Source of the DNA: an uncultured Pseudomonadota bacterium
Lineage (GTDB): Bacteria > Pseudomonadota > Alphaproteobacteria > UBA9219
Length of the DNA stretch: 64,000 nucleotides
Direction: 5' to 3'
Assembly: GCA_903869345.1 (NCBI GenBank)
Contig: CAIPYM010000041.1
Coordinates: 904-64,903, forward strand
Shown: positions 28,069-39,036 of the stretch, one piece after another
Layout: each line of letters begins with the position of its first letter
How positions within the stretch are numbered: position 1 is the stretch's first letter
Notes under the pieces: model-generated
Seen by the model: the letters and a program-made list of their open reading frames with translations, nothing else
Databases searched by the model: none
What the model was told of the DNA's origin: nothing
Program-made: the position numbers and the translations under genes

Positions 28069-30798
28069 GTGGGACAGAAAGTCGTCATTGTCGAATCGCC
28101 TGCCAAGGCGAAGACCATCAACAAGTACTTGGGCAAAGACTACAGTGTGCTGGCCTCGTACGGGCATGTGCGCGATTTGCCCGCCAAAGATGGTTCTGTC
28201 CGGCCCGACGATGATTTTGCGATGACGTGGGAGCTGGGCGAGCGGGCGGGCAAGCCGATCAGCGCCATTGCCCAGGCGGCCAAGGGGGCTGAGGTTATTT
28301 ATCTCGCCTCCGATCCTGACCGCGAGGGAGAGGCGATTGCTTGGCATGTGCAGGATGTTTTGAAGGCCAAGCCGGGCCTTGCCAAAATTCCGATGCAGCG
28401 CGTGACGTTCAACGAAATCACGAAAAAAGCCGTGACCGAGGCGATGGCGCATCCGCGCGAGATTGATGACGATTTGGTGGATGCGTACCGCGCTCGTCGG
28501 GCGCTGGATTACCTCGTCGGGTTTTCGCTCTCGCCCGTTTTGTGGCGCAAGCTGCCGGGCTCGCGGTCGGCGGGGCGTGTGCAGTCGGTCGCTCTGCGTC
28601 TGATTTGTGAGCGTGAATCCGAGATTGAAAGCTTTATTGCGCGGGATTTTTGGACGCTGGAGGGCGTGTTTCTGACCGCCGAGAACGGGACCATTCCTGC
28701 GACGCTCACGCATCTGGACGGGACCAAGCTCGATAAGTTCGCGCTGACCTCGGCGGCGGAGGCCGAGGCGGTTGTGGCGCGGCTTCGTCCGCTCGTGTGG
28801 AGCGTTAAGGCGGTTGAGCGCAAACAAGCCAAACGCCACCCCTGGCAACCGTTCACGACCTCCACGTTGCAGCAAGAGGCCTCGCGGCGTTTGGGCCTTG
28901 GGGCCACGCGCACGATGCGGCTGGCTCAGGACCTTTACGAAGGTGTGGACATTGGCGGCGAGACCGTCGGGCTCATCACGTACATGCGTACCGACGGCGT
29001 TTCACTGTCCGAGGACGCGATTGCCGTGGCGCGCGCCGTGATCGCTGAGACGTACGGCGATTCCTTTTTGCCGCCCGCGCCGCGCCGCTACAAAACCGCC
29101 GCGAAGAACGCGCAAGAAGCGCACGAGGCGATCAGGCCGACCGATTTTCGCCGCCGTCCGAGTGATGTTGCGGCGTACCTTAGCCCGGAGGCCTTGCGGC
29201 TCTACACGTTGGTGTGGCAACGCGCGATGGCCTCGCAAATGGAAAGCGCCACGCTGGATCAGGTGGCGGTGACGATTGCGGATCCCAAGGACACCGGGCA
29301 GTTCCGCGCGAACGGCTCCACGGTGGTGTTTGAAGGCTGGCTCCGCGTTTACGCCGACGCGCGGACCGAGGACGATGACAAAGCCGAAGGCAAGGCTGAA
29401 GCCGAGGACACGCGCCTTCCGCCCGTCCGCGAGGGTGCGGGCCTGACATGCCGCAGCGTTGTGGCCGATGCGCACACGACGCAACCGCCGCCGCGTTACA
29501 GCGAAGCCTCGCTCGTGAAAAAGCTGGAGGAGCTCGGCATCGGGCGGCCTTCGACGTACGCCAGCATCATGCAAGTTTTGCAGGATCGGGAGTACGTGCG
29601 GCTCGATCGGCGTCGGTTTGTGCCGGAGGACCGGGGGCGCATCGTCACCGCGTTTTTGGAAAACTTTTTTGGGCCCTATGTGGCGTACGATTTCACGGCG
29701 GACCTGGAAGGCAAGCTGGATGATATTTCCGGCGGGCAGCGGGCGTGGCGCGAGGTGATGCGCGCGTTCTGGACGGATTTTTCCGGCGCGGTCGGGGCGA
29801 CCAAGGACCTGAAAATCACGGACGTGATCAACGCGCTGGACGAATCGCTGGGGCCGCATTTTTTCCCGCCGCGCGAGGACGGTTCCGACCCACGGGTCTG
29901 CACCGTGTGCGGGACGGGGCGCATCGGGCTGAAGCTCGGGAAGTTCGGCGCGTTTCTGGGATGCTCCAACTACCCGACGTGCCGGAACACGCGGCCTCTG
30001 GCCGTCGGCGATGGCATGGGGGGCGCGGGCGGGGAGGCACGTGTGGAGCCCCGGCTGCTTGGGACCGATTCCGCGACGGGCCTGCCCGTGACGCTGCGCG
30101 TCGGACCCTACGGCGCGTATGTGCAGCTGGGTCCGGTGGAAGGCGGGGCGGTTCCTGCGCCTGCTGAAGTTGAAACCAAGGCCGAGGACCTGGAATCCGA
30201 GGATGTGCCGAAAGGGAAGGGCGGTAAAGCCAAAAAACCCAAGAAGGCTCCGGCCAAGGTCAAGCCCCCCAAGCCGCCGCGCAGCTCACTCCCCAAGGGC
30301 GTAGACGCAGACCGGGTGGATTTGGAAACGGCGCTGGCTCTGTTGAAACTGCCGCGCGAGGTCGGGCCGCATCCCGAAAGCGGCGAAATGATTCTGGCGG
30401 GCCTCGGGCGGTTTGGGACGTACCTCAAGATCGGCGCACGGTACAAGAACCTCGCCGAGGGCGACGACGTGCTGACGATTGGGCTCAACCGCGCCGTGGC
30501 GCTGTTGGCCGAGCCCAACACGGGCCGGGGAGGGCGGGGCGCACGCGCCCCTGGACGGCCCCTGGGTGAGCATCCCGACGACAACGCGCCCGTGACCGTC
30601 CAAGCCGGGCGCTACGGCCCCTATGTTGCGTGGGGCAAGGTGTACGCGACCCTGCCCAAGAACCTCGCGCCCGAGGACGTGACTCTGGAAGAAGCCGTGC
30701 CCCTCCTGGCCGCCAAAGCCTCCCGCCCCGCCAAGGGCAAGACGTTTTCTCGGACGCGTAAGCCGGTGGGACGGGGAAAAGCGGTCAAGAAAGGATAG
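28069..30798 (+). CDS. topA: DNA topoisomerase I
   Basis: MGQKVVIVESPAKAKTINKYLG...GHVRDLP is the TOPRIM domain. 909 aa with a C-terminal Zn-ribbon/basic tail. Confidence 0.95.
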   Translation: MGQKVVIVESPAKAKTINKYLGKDYSVLASYGHVRDLPAKDGSVRPDDDFAMTWELGERAGKPISAIAQAAKGAEVIYLASDPDREGEAIAWHVQDVLKAKPGLAKIPMQRVTFNEITKKAVTEAMAHPREIDDDLVDAYRARRALDYLVGFSLSPVLWRKLPGSRSAGRVQSVALRLICERESEIESFIARDFWTLEGVFLTAENGTIPATLTHLDGTKLDKFALTSAAEAEAVVARLRPLVWSVKAVERKQAKRHPWQPFTTSTLQQEASRRLGLGATRTMRLAQDLYEGVDIGGETVGLITYMRTDGVSLSEDAIAVARAVIAETYGDSFLPPAPRRYKTAAKNAQEAHEAIRPTDFRRRPSDVAAYLSPEALRLYTLVWQRAMASQMESATLDQVAVTIADPKDTGQFRANGSTVVFEGWLRVYADARTEDDDKAEGKAEAEDTRLPPVREGAGLTCRSVVADAHTTQPPPRYSEASLVKKLEELGIGRPSTYASIMQVLQDREYVRLDRRRFVPEDRGRIVTAFLENFFGPYVAYDFTADLEGKLDDISGGQRAWREVMRAFWTDFSGAVGATKDLKITDVINALDESLGPHFFPPREDGSDPRVCTVCGTGRIGLKLGKFGAFLGCSNYPTCRNTRPLAVGDGMGGAGGEARVEPRLLGTDSATGLPVTLRVGPYGAYVQLGPVEGGAVPAPAEVETKAEDLESEDVPKGKGGKAKKPKKAPAKVKPPKPPRSSLPKGVDADRVDLETALALLKLPREVGPHPESGEMILAGLGRFGTYLKIGARYKNLAEGDDVLTIGLNRAVALLAEPNTGRGGRGARAPGRPLGEHPDDNAPVTVQAGRYGPYVAWGKVYATLPKNLAPEDVTLEEAVPLLAAKASRPAKGKTFSRTRKPVGRGKAVKKG

Positions 30799-30874
30799 GT
30801 AGGGCTCCACCTACCGCGTCACCTCGGCGGAAGCCAGGGCCCAATGATTGTTGCGTCACGGAAATTGGATCCAG

Positions 30875-30902
30875 ATCCCGGCTTTCGCCGGGATGACGGT
30901 GG
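30875..30902. repeat. REP-A copy (atcccggctttcgccgggatgacgg)
   Basis: Reverse-complement match to 1297..1326, in the topA-murA intergenic region. Confidence 0.8.
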
Positions 30903-31006
30903 GGAGGATGGGGCTAAAAAAGGGTTGATTCGCATACCCTCTGATCCCTGTTTTCTGCCTTCTGACTCCCTTCCGCTTTGCACAGCGGCGCGGTAGAACG
31001 TCCCCC

Positions 31007-32320
31007 ATGGACAAGATACGCATTGTGGGTGGTCGTCCCTTAAAGGGCCGGATCCCCATCAGCGGCGCGAAAAACGCTGCTCTTCCCCTTATGGCCGCCG
31101 GACTTTTGACGGACGAGACGCTGACTCTGAACAACGTCCCGCGCCTTGCAGACATCGACAGCATGGCCGAGCTGCTGGCCCAGCACGGGGCGTGCCTTGC
31201 CCGCGAAGGCGCGACGTTGAGCCTGACGACCCCCACCATCACCAGCACCGTCGCGCCTTACGACATCGTGCGCAAAATGCGGGCCAGCATTCTTGTGCTC
31301 GGCCCTCTCCTCGCGCGTTGCCGAACGGCCAGTGTGTCGCTCCCTGGCGGATGCTCCATCGGAACGCGTCCTGTGGATTTGCATCTATCCGCGCTGACCC
31401 AAATGGGGGCGGAGATCACCCTGGATGACGGCTACATTCAGGCCCGTGCGCCCCAGGGATTGCACGGCGCGGAAATTGTGTTTCCGCTTGTGACGGTCGG
31501 AGGAACTGAGAATATCCTCATGGCGGCCTGTCTCGCCAAGGGCACGACGACCCTCGTTGGCGCGGCGCGGGAGCCGGAAATCACGGACCTCGCGCAGTGC
31601 CTTGTGGCCATGGGCGCCACGATCGAGGGCATCGGCACCGATTGTCTGCGCATTGAAGGCCGCGAGCGTCTGCACGGCGCGACGCACCGCGTGATTCCCG
31701 ACCGCCTGGAGGCGGGCACGTTTGGAATCGCGGGCGCGATCACCGGTGGCGATGTGGAGCTTGTGGGAGCCCAGATGGAATCCCTTCGCGCCGTCGCGCA
31801 CCTTTTGGACACGGCGGGGGTGGAGGTAACCGAGACCGCCGAGGGCCTCCGCGTTCGGCGACACCCGGACCTGGCCCGCGCACGGGGCGTGGATGTCACG
31901 ACGCAGCCCTTTCCCGGTTTTCCGACCGACCTTCAGGCCCAGTTCATGGCGCTCATGACTCTTGCCGACGGAGCCTCGCTGATCACGGAAACCATTTTTG
32001 AAAACCGATTCATGCACGTCCCCGAGCTTGTCCGCATGGGGGCCTCCATTACTGTGCACGGCTCCTCCGCCCAGGTGCGCGGTGTCCCGGCCCTGAAGGG
32101 AGCGCCCGTGATGGCCACGGATTTGCGCGCGTCGGTCTCCCTGGTCCTTGCGGGCCTTGCCGCCGAGGGCGAGACGGTCATCAGCCGCGTTTACCACCTG
32201 GACCGGGGCTACGAGAACCTCGAATCCAAGCTGCAGACTTGCGGGGCCATCGTGGAGCGGGTCAAAGCCGCTCCCCAGCACGATGCAGGCGGGTTTGCCT
32301 TCGGGCAAGCAGACCGTTAG
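31007..32320 (+). CDS. murA: UDP-N-acetylglucosamine 1-carboxyvinyltransferase
   Basis: [27 protein letters not shown]... matches the MurA family along its full length. Confidence 0.95.
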   Translation: MDKIRIVGGRPLKGRIPISGAKNAALPLMAAGLLTDETLTLNNVPRLADIDSMAELLAQHGACLAREGATLSLTTPTITSTVAPYDIVRKMRASILVLGPLLARCRTASVSLPGGCSIGTRPVDLHLSALTQMGAEITLDDGYIQARAPQGLHGAEIVFPLVTVGGTENILMAACLAKGTTTLVGAAREPEITDLAQCLVAMGATIEGIGTDCLRIEGRERLHGATHRVIPDRLEAGTFGIAGAITGGDVELVGAQMESLRAVAHLLDTAGVEVTETAEGLRVRRHPDLARARGVDVTTQPFPGFPTDLQAQFMALMTLADGASLITETIFENRFMHVPELVRMGASITVHGSSAQVRGVPALKGAPVMATDLRASVSLVLAGLAAEGETVISRVYHLDRGYENLESKLQTCGAIVERVKAAPQHDAGGFAFGQADR

Positions 32321-32383
32321 AATCAGATGAATTTGGGTGTGAGCCCGAGATTCTTTTCTGTTCCTCTTTTCAACGAGGCCGTT

Positions 32384-32713
32384 ATGCCCGAGTCCCTTTC
32401 GCCCTTGCCCCCCTCCGAACCGCTCGTGAACGAGCACGTCAAGAATCGCCAAACGTGGATCCGGTGCGCTTACCTCGTGCTGTTCGCGGTCATCTTCTAT
32501 TTTGCGTTCGTCCTCACGTCGTTCGTCGCCTTGGTGCAATTCCTCGTCACCCTGTTCACCGGCTCGCCCGTCGCGGGCTTGATCACGTTCGGACGCGGGC
32601 TGGCTGCTTACCAACGCCAGATCACGCTGTTCCTCACGTTCGCCTCGGACGACAAGCCCTTCCCCTTCACGCCGTTCCCGGCGTGGGGCGATTCGGGGAA
32701 GCCCTCGGCCTAA
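32384..32713 (+). CDS. small membrane protein (DUF4389-like); start uncertain (32327 or 32384)
   Basis: Two hydrophobic helices (YLVLFAVIFYFAFVLTSFVALVQFLVTLF) and its position downstream of murA. Confidence 0.4.
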   Translation: MPESLSPLPPSEPLVNEHVKNRQTWIRCAYLVLFAVIFYFAFVLTSFVALVQFLVTLFTGSPVAGLITFGRGLAAYQRQITLFLTFASDDKPFPFTPFPAWGDSGKPSA

Positions 32714-32720
32714 AATCCGG

Positions 32721-33758
32721 ATGCGCGTTCTTCACATCATGGCGGGGCGTCACCCCGGCGGGGCTGAGACGTACTCTGCCGACATGATGCTCAGCCTTCA
32801 CGCGGCCGGGGTGGACCAGGTCGTTGTTACGCCCCGGTCCATGCCGCGATTCGCGGACCTGAAGGCCGCCGGGATACGTCTTGAGCCGGGCCTTCTGCGC
32901 TGGCCAATTCGCCCCTTGCGTCGTTGGGCGTTGGCGCGGTTGATCGACCGCGAAAAGCCCGACCTGATCCACACGTGGATGCGCCGCGCGGCGGGGCTTG
33001 TGGACCCGCGCGAGCGGGCCCGGACCCTGGGGTGGTTCGGCGGGTACTACAACCCCAAACATTTCCGCGCGTGCGGCAACCTGATCGGCGTCACACCGGG
33101 CATCGTGCAGCACATGATCGCGGAAGGCGTGTCCGCTGCGACCACCCATTTTGTCCCAACGTTTCCGAATGTGCGGGACGAGCCGCCCGTCGCTCGCGTC
33201 GCGCTGAACACGCCGCCCGACGCGTTCGTTGTTTTGGCCCTGTCCCGGTACCACCCCAAGAAGGGGCTCGATACGCTTTTGCAGGCGGTGCAAGCGCTGC
33301 CGGATGTCCATCTGTGGCTCGCGGGTGAGGGGCCGTTGCGCCGCGACCTCGAAAAGCAGGCCCGACGTTTGGGGCTTGGGGAACGCGCCCACTTCTTGGG
33401 GTGGCGTTCCGACCGAAGCGCTTTGCTGAGGTCCGCCGATGTTTGCGCCTTGCCTTCGCGGTACGAGCCCTTTGGGACCGTCATTCTGGAAGCCTGGGCC
33501 GCCAAGACTCCCCTTGTGGCGAGCATGAGCGCCGGACCCGCCGCCCATGTCCGCGATGGCAAAGACGGCCTGCTCGTCCCCATTGATGCCGTCCAATCTC
33601 TGCAGAGCGCCATCATGCGTCTTCGCGCCGATCCAACGCTCCGCACGCGCTTGGCGGAAGCCGGGCATGCAAAATACCTCGCCCACTACACCCGCGAGGC
33701 CGTGACACGCCGCATGCTTGAAGTGTACGAGCGCGTTAGGGCGGAAGCGGCCACCTAA
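32721..33758 (+). CDS. glycosyltransferase family 4 (GT-B, RfaG-like)
   Basis: C-terminal EPFGTVILEAWAAKTPLVAS is the GT4 EX7E-region. 345 aa. Confidence 0.75.
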   Translation: MRVLHIMAGRHPGGAETYSADMMLSLHAAGVDQVVVTPRSMPRFADLKAAGIRLEPGLLRWPIRPLRRWALARLIDREKPDLIHTWMRRAAGLVDPRERARTLGWFGGYYNPKHFRACGNLIGVTPGIVQHMIAEGVSAATTHFVPTFPNVRDEPPVARVALNTPPDAFVVLALSRYHPKKGLDTLLQAVQALPDVHLWLAGEGPLRRDLEKQARRLGLGERAHFLGWRSDRSALLRSADVCALPSRYEPFGTVILEAWAAKTPLVASMSAGPAAHVRDGKDGLLVPIDAVQSLQSAIMRLRADPTLRTRLAEAGHAKYLAHYTREAVTRRMLEVYERVRAEAAT

Positions 33759-33767
33759 GGAAATCCC

Positions 33768-34937
33768 ATGACCCTCGCCCCTCGCCGCGTCACCATTTTG
33801 GGCTCCACCGGCTCGGTCGGTACGCAGACTCTGGACCTGGTTGCACGGGAGCCTGAACGCTACCCGGTCGTAGCACTCACGGCGCAAAAAAACGTCGTGC
33901 GTCTCGCCGAACAAGCCCGCACCTTCAAGGCCGAGCTCGCCGTCATCGGCGACCCCGCCCTTTATGGTGCCTTGAAAGAAGCCCTGGCCGGAACGCCGAC
34001 GCGCGTGGCCGCCGGACCTCAGGCCCTGGTGGAGGCCGCCGAAGTCCCGAGCGACTGGGTCATGGTCGCCATTGTCGGTGCGGCGGGGCTGCCGCCGACG
34101 TTCGCCGCCGCCCGTCGCGGCGTTGCGCTTGCGTTTGCCAACAAGGAAACGCTGGTGTGCGCGGGCCCCTTGATGATGGACATGGTGCGCGACAAAGGCG
34201 CGACGCTCTTGCCGGTGGACAGTGAGCACAACGCGATTTGGCAAGTCCTGGACAAGGCGCATCCCGAAAGTGTGACTCGTTTGATCATCACGGCTTCAGG
34301 GGGTCCGTTCCGTACCTTCAGCCGTGATCAAATGGCCACCGTCACGCGCGCGCAGGCGCTCAAACATCCGACGTGGACCATGGGCGCGAAAATCTCGATT
34401 GATAGCGCCACGCTCATGAACAAAACGCTGGAAGTGATCGAGGCGCATTTCCTGTTTGCGATGCCAAGCGCCCAGATTGACGTCATTGTGCATCCGCAGT
34501 CCGTCATTCACAGCATGGTTGAATATTGCGACGGTTCGGTTCTGGCCCAATTGGGCTCGCCGGACATGCGCATTCCGATCAGCACGGCGCTTGCGTGGCC
34601 CGCGCGGATGCCGACCCCCGCCGCACGGTTGGACCTGGGCCACTTGGCCGCGCTCACGTTTGAGGAGCCCGACCCGGTTCGCTTTCCCGCGCTGCGTCTT
34701 GGGCGCGAGGCGTTGGCCGAAGGTGGCACAGCCCCCGCCGTTCTGAACGCCGCGAACGAAGTGGCGGTGCAGGCGTTTTTGGAGGAACGCATTGGATTCT
34801 TGGACATTGAGCGCATCAACGAGGAAACCCTGACGGGCCTTCCGCGCCCCCCGCTCACGTCGCTGGAGGTCCTGGCCGACGTGGACGCCGCTGCCCGCCG
34901 CCTGGCCGAGCAATGCATCCTGAAAACAGAGCGGTGA
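33768..34937 (+). CDS. dxr: 1-deoxy-D-xylulose 5-phosphate reductoisomerase
   Basis: ILGSTGSVGTQTLDLV..., and the length and motifs match IspC. Confidence 0.9.
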   Translation: MTLAPRRVTILGSTGSVGTQTLDLVAREPERYPVVALTAQKNVVRLAEQARTFKAELAVIGDPALYGALKEALAGTPTRVAAGPQALVEAAEVPSDWVMVAIVGAAGLPPTFAAARRGVALAFANKETLVCAGPLMMDMVRDKGATLLPVDSEHNAIWQVLDKAHPESVTRLIITASGGPFRTFSRDQMATVTRAQALKHPTWTMGAKISIDSATLMNKTLEVIEAHFLFAMPSAQIDVIVHPQSVIHSMVEYCDGSVLAQLGSPDMRIPISTALAWPARMPTPAARLDLGHLAALTFEEPDPVRFPALRLGREALAEGGTAPAVLNAANEVAVQAFLEERIGFLDIERINEETLTGLPRPPLTSLEVLADVDAAARRLAEQCILKTER

Positions 34938-35136
34938 TCGAGCTGGCCTCCAACAAAATGCTCCTGGATTTTCGCACCCAACGGTTGGGCGAGACGCGGT
35001 GGGATTCCCTCTCTCCTCGGATTTTCCCTCAAACCTGTCGGGGGGTAAGGGATAGCCGTGACATCCCCTCAGGTTTTGGCATAGTGTGTCAACCAGGCCA
35101 TTTTCGGTGGTCGCGGACGTTGTGCAGGGCAGGGGC

Positions 35137-35577
35137 ATGAAAATTTCGGCGAAGGGCCTTTACGGTCTTCATGTGATGTTGGAACTCGCGCTGCGGCACG
35201 GCGCGGGGCCCGTTGTGGTTGCCACGTTAGCCAAACGCCAAGGCTTACCGCCGAAATACCTTCCGATCCTGATGGGACGTTTGAGGGGGGCGGGGCTCGT
35301 GACGGCCCAGCGAGGCCCCTCGGGTGGGTTTATCCTGGCGCGTTCCCCAGGCGCGATCTCGGCGCTGGAGATTGTGGAAGCCCTGGAGGGGCCGTTAGCC
35401 CCCCCATCATCCCGTGACATGCGATCGTCGGGCGACGCGGCAGGCACTCGCGCGATCGGAAACCTGTTATCGGGTGCCGATGAGATCTACCGGCAGGCTC
35501 TTGCAAAACAGTCTTTGGCCGATTTAGCGGCAACGACCCGGAGTCTCGCACACGCTGGCGAAGGGTATTCGATTTAA
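35137..35577 (+). CDS. Rrf2 family transcriptional regulator (second copy)
   Basis: MKISAKGLYGLHVMLELA...GGFILAR. Start taken at the in-frame ATG 35137. Confidence 0.75.
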   Translation: MKISAKGLYGLHVMLELALRHGAGPVVVATLAKRQGLPPKYLPILMGRLRGAGLVTAQRGPSGGFILARSPGAISALEIVEALEGPLAPPSSRDMRSSGDAAGTRAIGNLLSGADEIYRQALAKQSLADLAATTRSLAHAGEGYSI

Positions 35578-35613
35578 GGGCCTGTGTTCCATCGTCCGCT
35601 CGGGCAAGGACCG

Positions 35614-35838
35614 TCAATGCCGTGTTTGGTAGACCATGTTGTCGGACATGAGGGAAAAGACGTTTTCCAAACGCTCCTCCGCTGACAGGTTGGCGATCCA
35701 TTCGCGACGGATGCCCTCAAACTGTTCCAGCGTGGTTAAGATCGAATAGGCACTGTCCGTGCCAAACCGCTCTTCGAGCTCAGCAAAGCGCAAGAGACCA
35801 AAAACGTGCGAGGGCGGTTCATGATTGGCGCTTGCCAT
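35614..35838 (-). CDS. hypothetical small protein (74 aa)
   Basis: The ORF has coding-like codon usage, and lies downstream of pflB on the same strand. No homology was recognised. Confidence 0.3.
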   Translation of the reverse strand: MASANHEPPSHVFGLLRFAELEERFGTDSAYSILTTLEQFEGIRREWIANLSAEERLENVFSLMSDNMVYQTRH

Positions 35839-36062
35839 ACGACGCGATTCCCCGAATACGCGAACAATCTGGACTTCAAGGCCCCGATGCTCAGCGGACG
35901 CTACTCTCCCCGATTAGGGTTGTAAATGCCTTTTTTCAGGCAATCAGGGCTGTTTTCAAAGTGCGCGGATGAGGGGGAAGAGGGCGGCGGGACAGTCATC
36001 AACTCGGTTGAAAGCGGAGATTTGAGCCCCCGAGAGGCTGCGAGAGCGCACAGGACGCCCTC

Positions 36063-36129
36063 GGGATTCCGGCTTTCGCCGGAAGAACGCTTGTTTCGGC
36101 TCCGTCTCGTCTGTCGTCATCCCGGACGT
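36063..36129. repeat. REP-A copy (gggattccggctttcgccggaa ... gtcgtcatcccggacg)
   Basis: Matches the REP-A core, followed by a second partial half-copy. Confidence 0.7.
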
Positions 36130-36179
36130 GCTTGAGGGCCTGTCGCAGAGATAAACCCCGTTGTTTGCAGGGCGGTGCC

Positions 36180-38522
36180 TCACACCCGTGCGTGGAAGGT
36201 GCGGGTGATGACGTCGCGCTGCTGCTCGGGCGTGAGCTTGATGAAGTTCACGGCGTAGCCCGAGACGCGGATCGTGAGTTGCGGGTATTTTTCGGGGTGC
36301 TCCATCGCGTCCAAAAGCTGCTCTCGCTGGAAAACGTTGACGTTCAGGTGGTGCGCCCCCTTAGCGAAATAGCCCCCCAGCAGGCCCACGAGGTTGATCT
36401 CCCGGTCCGCCGGAGTCTTGCCCAGCGCCTCGGGGACAATGGAAAACGTGTTGGAAATCCCGTCTTGCGCACAGGCGTAGGGAAGCTTCGCCACGCTGCA
36501 CAAGGACGCCAACGCCCCCTTGGTGTCGCGCCCGTGCATGGGATTTGCACCGGGGGCAAAGGGAGCCCCCCCGCGCCGCCCATCGGGTGTCGTCCCGGTT
36601 TTTTTGCCGTAAACCACGTTTGACGTGATGGTCAGGACCGATTGCGTGGGCACGGCGTCGCGGTAGGTCGGCTTGGTTTTCAGTTTGCCCATGAACCGCT
36701 CAACAAGGTCCACCGCCAACGCGTCCACACGGTCATCGTTGTTGCCGTAGAGGGGGTAGTCGCCCTCCGTCGCGAAATCCACGGCCAGGCCCCGCGCGTC
36801 GCGGATCACCCGCACGCGGGCGTATTTGATCGCCGACAGCGAATCCGCCGCGACTGACAGCCCCGCGATTCCGCACGCCATGGTCCGCAGAATGTCGCGG
36901 TCATGGAGGGCCATTTCCAGGCGTTCGTAGGCGTATTTATCGTGCATGTAGTGAATAACGTTCAGGGCGCTCATGTAGGTCCCCGCGAGCCAATCCATCA
37001 TCGCGTCCAGGTGGCTCATCACATCGTCGTACGCAAGCACGTCCGCCGTGATCGGGGTGAAGCCTTCGGCCACCACCTCGCCGCTGATCTCGTCCCGCCC
37101 GCCGTTGATGGCGTACAGCAGGGCTTTGGCGAGATTCGCCCGCGCCCCAAAAAACTGCATCTGTTTGCCGATGCGCATGGCCGAGACGCAGCACGCAATG
37201 CCGTAATCGTCTCCCCACGAGGGGCGCATGAGGTCATCGTTCTCGTACTGAATGGCACTGCACGCGATGGAGGTCCGGGCGCAGTACGTCTTGAACGCCT
37301 CGGGCAGATGATCGGACCAGAGGACCGTGAGATTCGGTTCGGGCGAGGGCCCCAGCGTCGTGAGCGTGTGCAGAAACCGGAAACTTGTCTTGGTCACAAG
37401 CGGTCTGCCGTCTTCCCCCACACCGCCGAGGCACTCCGTCACCCACGTCGGGTCGCCCGAAAAGAGGTCGTTGTATTCCGGCGTCCGCGCGAACCGCACC
37501 ATCCGAAGTTTGATGACGAGGTGGTCCACCAACTCTTGCGCTTCGGCTTCGGTCAACAGCCCCGCCGCGATGTCGCGCTCCAGGTAAATGTCGAGGAACG
37601 TGGACACACGCCCCAGCGACATGGCCGCGCCGTTTTGCTCCTTCACGGCGGCCAGGTACGCAAGGTAGAGATTCTGGACAGCTTCCCGCGCCGTCACAGC
37701 GGGAATGGTGACGTCGCACCCGTAGGACGCCGCCATGGACTCGAGCTCCTTCAGCGCCCGCATCTGTTCGGCCAGCTCCTCGCGCAGGCGCATGGCGTGC
37801 TCGTCCATCAGCCGATCGAGCGCAGCGAACTGAGCGCGGCGGTCTTCCAGAAGACGTGTGGTCCCGTAAAGCGGCACGCGCCGGTAATCGCCGATGATCC
37901 GCCCGCGCCCGTAGCCATCGGGAAGACCCGTGATGATGGCCGCCCGCCGCGCACGGCGCACAGCGTCGGGGTACACGTCAAACACGCCCGCGTTGTGCGT
38001 CTTGCGGTATTTCGTGAACACCTCGCGCACGGTGGGGTCCATCGCGTACCCGTAGGCTTTCAAGGCATCTTCGGCGGCTCGGAGCCCGCCAAAGACCATC
38101 ATCGCCCGCTTGAAGGGTTTGTCGGTCTGAAGGCCCACGATTTGCTCAAGCCCTTTGTCCACGTAGCCGGGCGCATGCGATGTAATGGTTGCCACCACAG
38201 CGGTATCCATGTCCAACGTCCCGCCGCGACGACGCTCCTCCGCCATCAGGTCTTCGACTTGCGCCCAAAGCTTTTGGGTGCGCGGCGTGAGCGCGGCCAA
38301 AAAGGATTCGTCGCCCTCGTAGGGTGTGAAGTTCGCCTGAATAAAGTCCCGTACGTCCACCCGCGCACGCCAGCCCGCCCCCTTGAACGAGCCGCGAGGC
38401 GTGGAGGCTGTTGCTGGACGCGCAAAGCGCGGGTCACAACGGACGGGGCTTGGGCCCTCGGGAAGCTGACGAAGCGCGGCGGATGATGAAGCGACCATGG
38501 CTGAAACACCTCCCCCTTTCAC
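36180..38522 (-). CDS. pflB: formate C-acetyltransferase (pyruvate formate-lyase)
   Basis: [17 protein letters not shown] near the N-terminus and the glycyl-radical motif RVSGYAVNF near the C-terminus. 760-780 aa. The start may be the M at 38498. Confidence 0.9.
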   Translation of the reverse strand: MKGGGVSAMVASSSAALRQLPEGPSPVRCDPRFARPATASTPRGSFKGAGWRARVDVRDFIQANFTPYEGDESFLAALTPRTQKLWAQVEDLMAEERRRGGTLDMDTAVVATITSHAPGYVDKGLEQIVGLQTDKPFKRAMMVFGGLRAAEDALKAYGYAMDPTVREVFTKYRKTHNAGVFDVYPDAVRRARRAAIITGLPDGYGRGRIIGDYRRVPLYGTTRLLEDRRAQFAALDRLMDEHAMRLREELAEQMRALKELESMAASYGCDVTIPAVTAREAVQNLYLAYLAAVKEQNGAAMSLGRVSTFLDIYLERDIAAGLLTEAEAQELVDHLVIKLRMVRFARTPEYNDLFSGDPTWVTECLGGVGEDGRPLVTKTSFRFLHTLTTLGPSPEPNLTVLWSDHLPEAFKTYCARTSIACSAIQYENDDLMRPSWGDDYGIACCVSAMRIGKQMQFFGARANLAKALLYAINGGRDEISGEVVAEGFTPITADVLAYDDVMSHLDAMMDWLAGTYMSALNVIHYMHDKYAYERLEMALHDRDILRTMACGIAGLSVAADSLSAIKYARVRVIRDARGLAVDFATEGDYPLYGNNDDRVDALAVDLVERFMGKLKTKPTYRDAVPTQSVLTITSNVVYGKKTGTTPDGRRGGAPFAPGANPMHGRDTKGALASLCSVAKLPYACAQDGISNTFSIVPEALGKTPADREINLVGLLGGYFAKGAHHLNVNVFQREQLLDAMEHPEKYPQLTIRVSGYAVNFIKLTPEQQRDVITRTFHARV

Positions 38523-38798
38523 GGCCTGAGACGGAACCGGGCGGTCCCTTTCCTCAAGCCACCGTCAGGGTCCGAGCGCGCCCCGGCGAACGCGAGGCTT
38601 TGAAGCGCCGGACGCCTACAACGGCAAACGTCCCTGAACAGAAAACGCTCTCAAACGGAGGGTCTGGATCGGGGAGAACCCCGGTTCACGACCCAAGCCT
38701 TGTCTCTAAAGGCTCGGGGTAATTCTAGTGATTCGCCTTCTCTTTTTCAATAAAAAAAGTCACCCCAAAAACAATAACAAAACCCCCAAAAGCTCTTT

Positions 38799-38813
38799 TT
38801 GCGCATCGCGCAA
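38799..38813. promoter_or_regulatory. 15-bp inverted repeat TTGCGC-ATC-GCGCAA in the AT-rich region upstream of pflB (a candidate operator)
   Basis: Perfect 6-bp arms. A second TTG-N10-CAA follows (ttgttgcaccgcacaa). The spacing differs from canonical FNR (TTGAT-N4-ATCAA). Confidence 0.25.
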
Positions 38814-39036
38814 TATTGTTGCACCGCACAAGCAGACATTTGTAGGTAGCCTCACCGCTCTCTTCTTTCTCGGTCGGGCACAATCCTACGAAACGCCGAA
38901 GCGCACTTTTAAAACAACTTTCAAGCAAAAGGAGAGACGGGACGCTGAATCGTCGCCCGTCATCCTCGGTTGCTGAAGAAATAAAGGCCCCTTGAGCCGG
39001 TTAAGACTCGCGCGAAAACACGTCGCGTCCGGGCGT

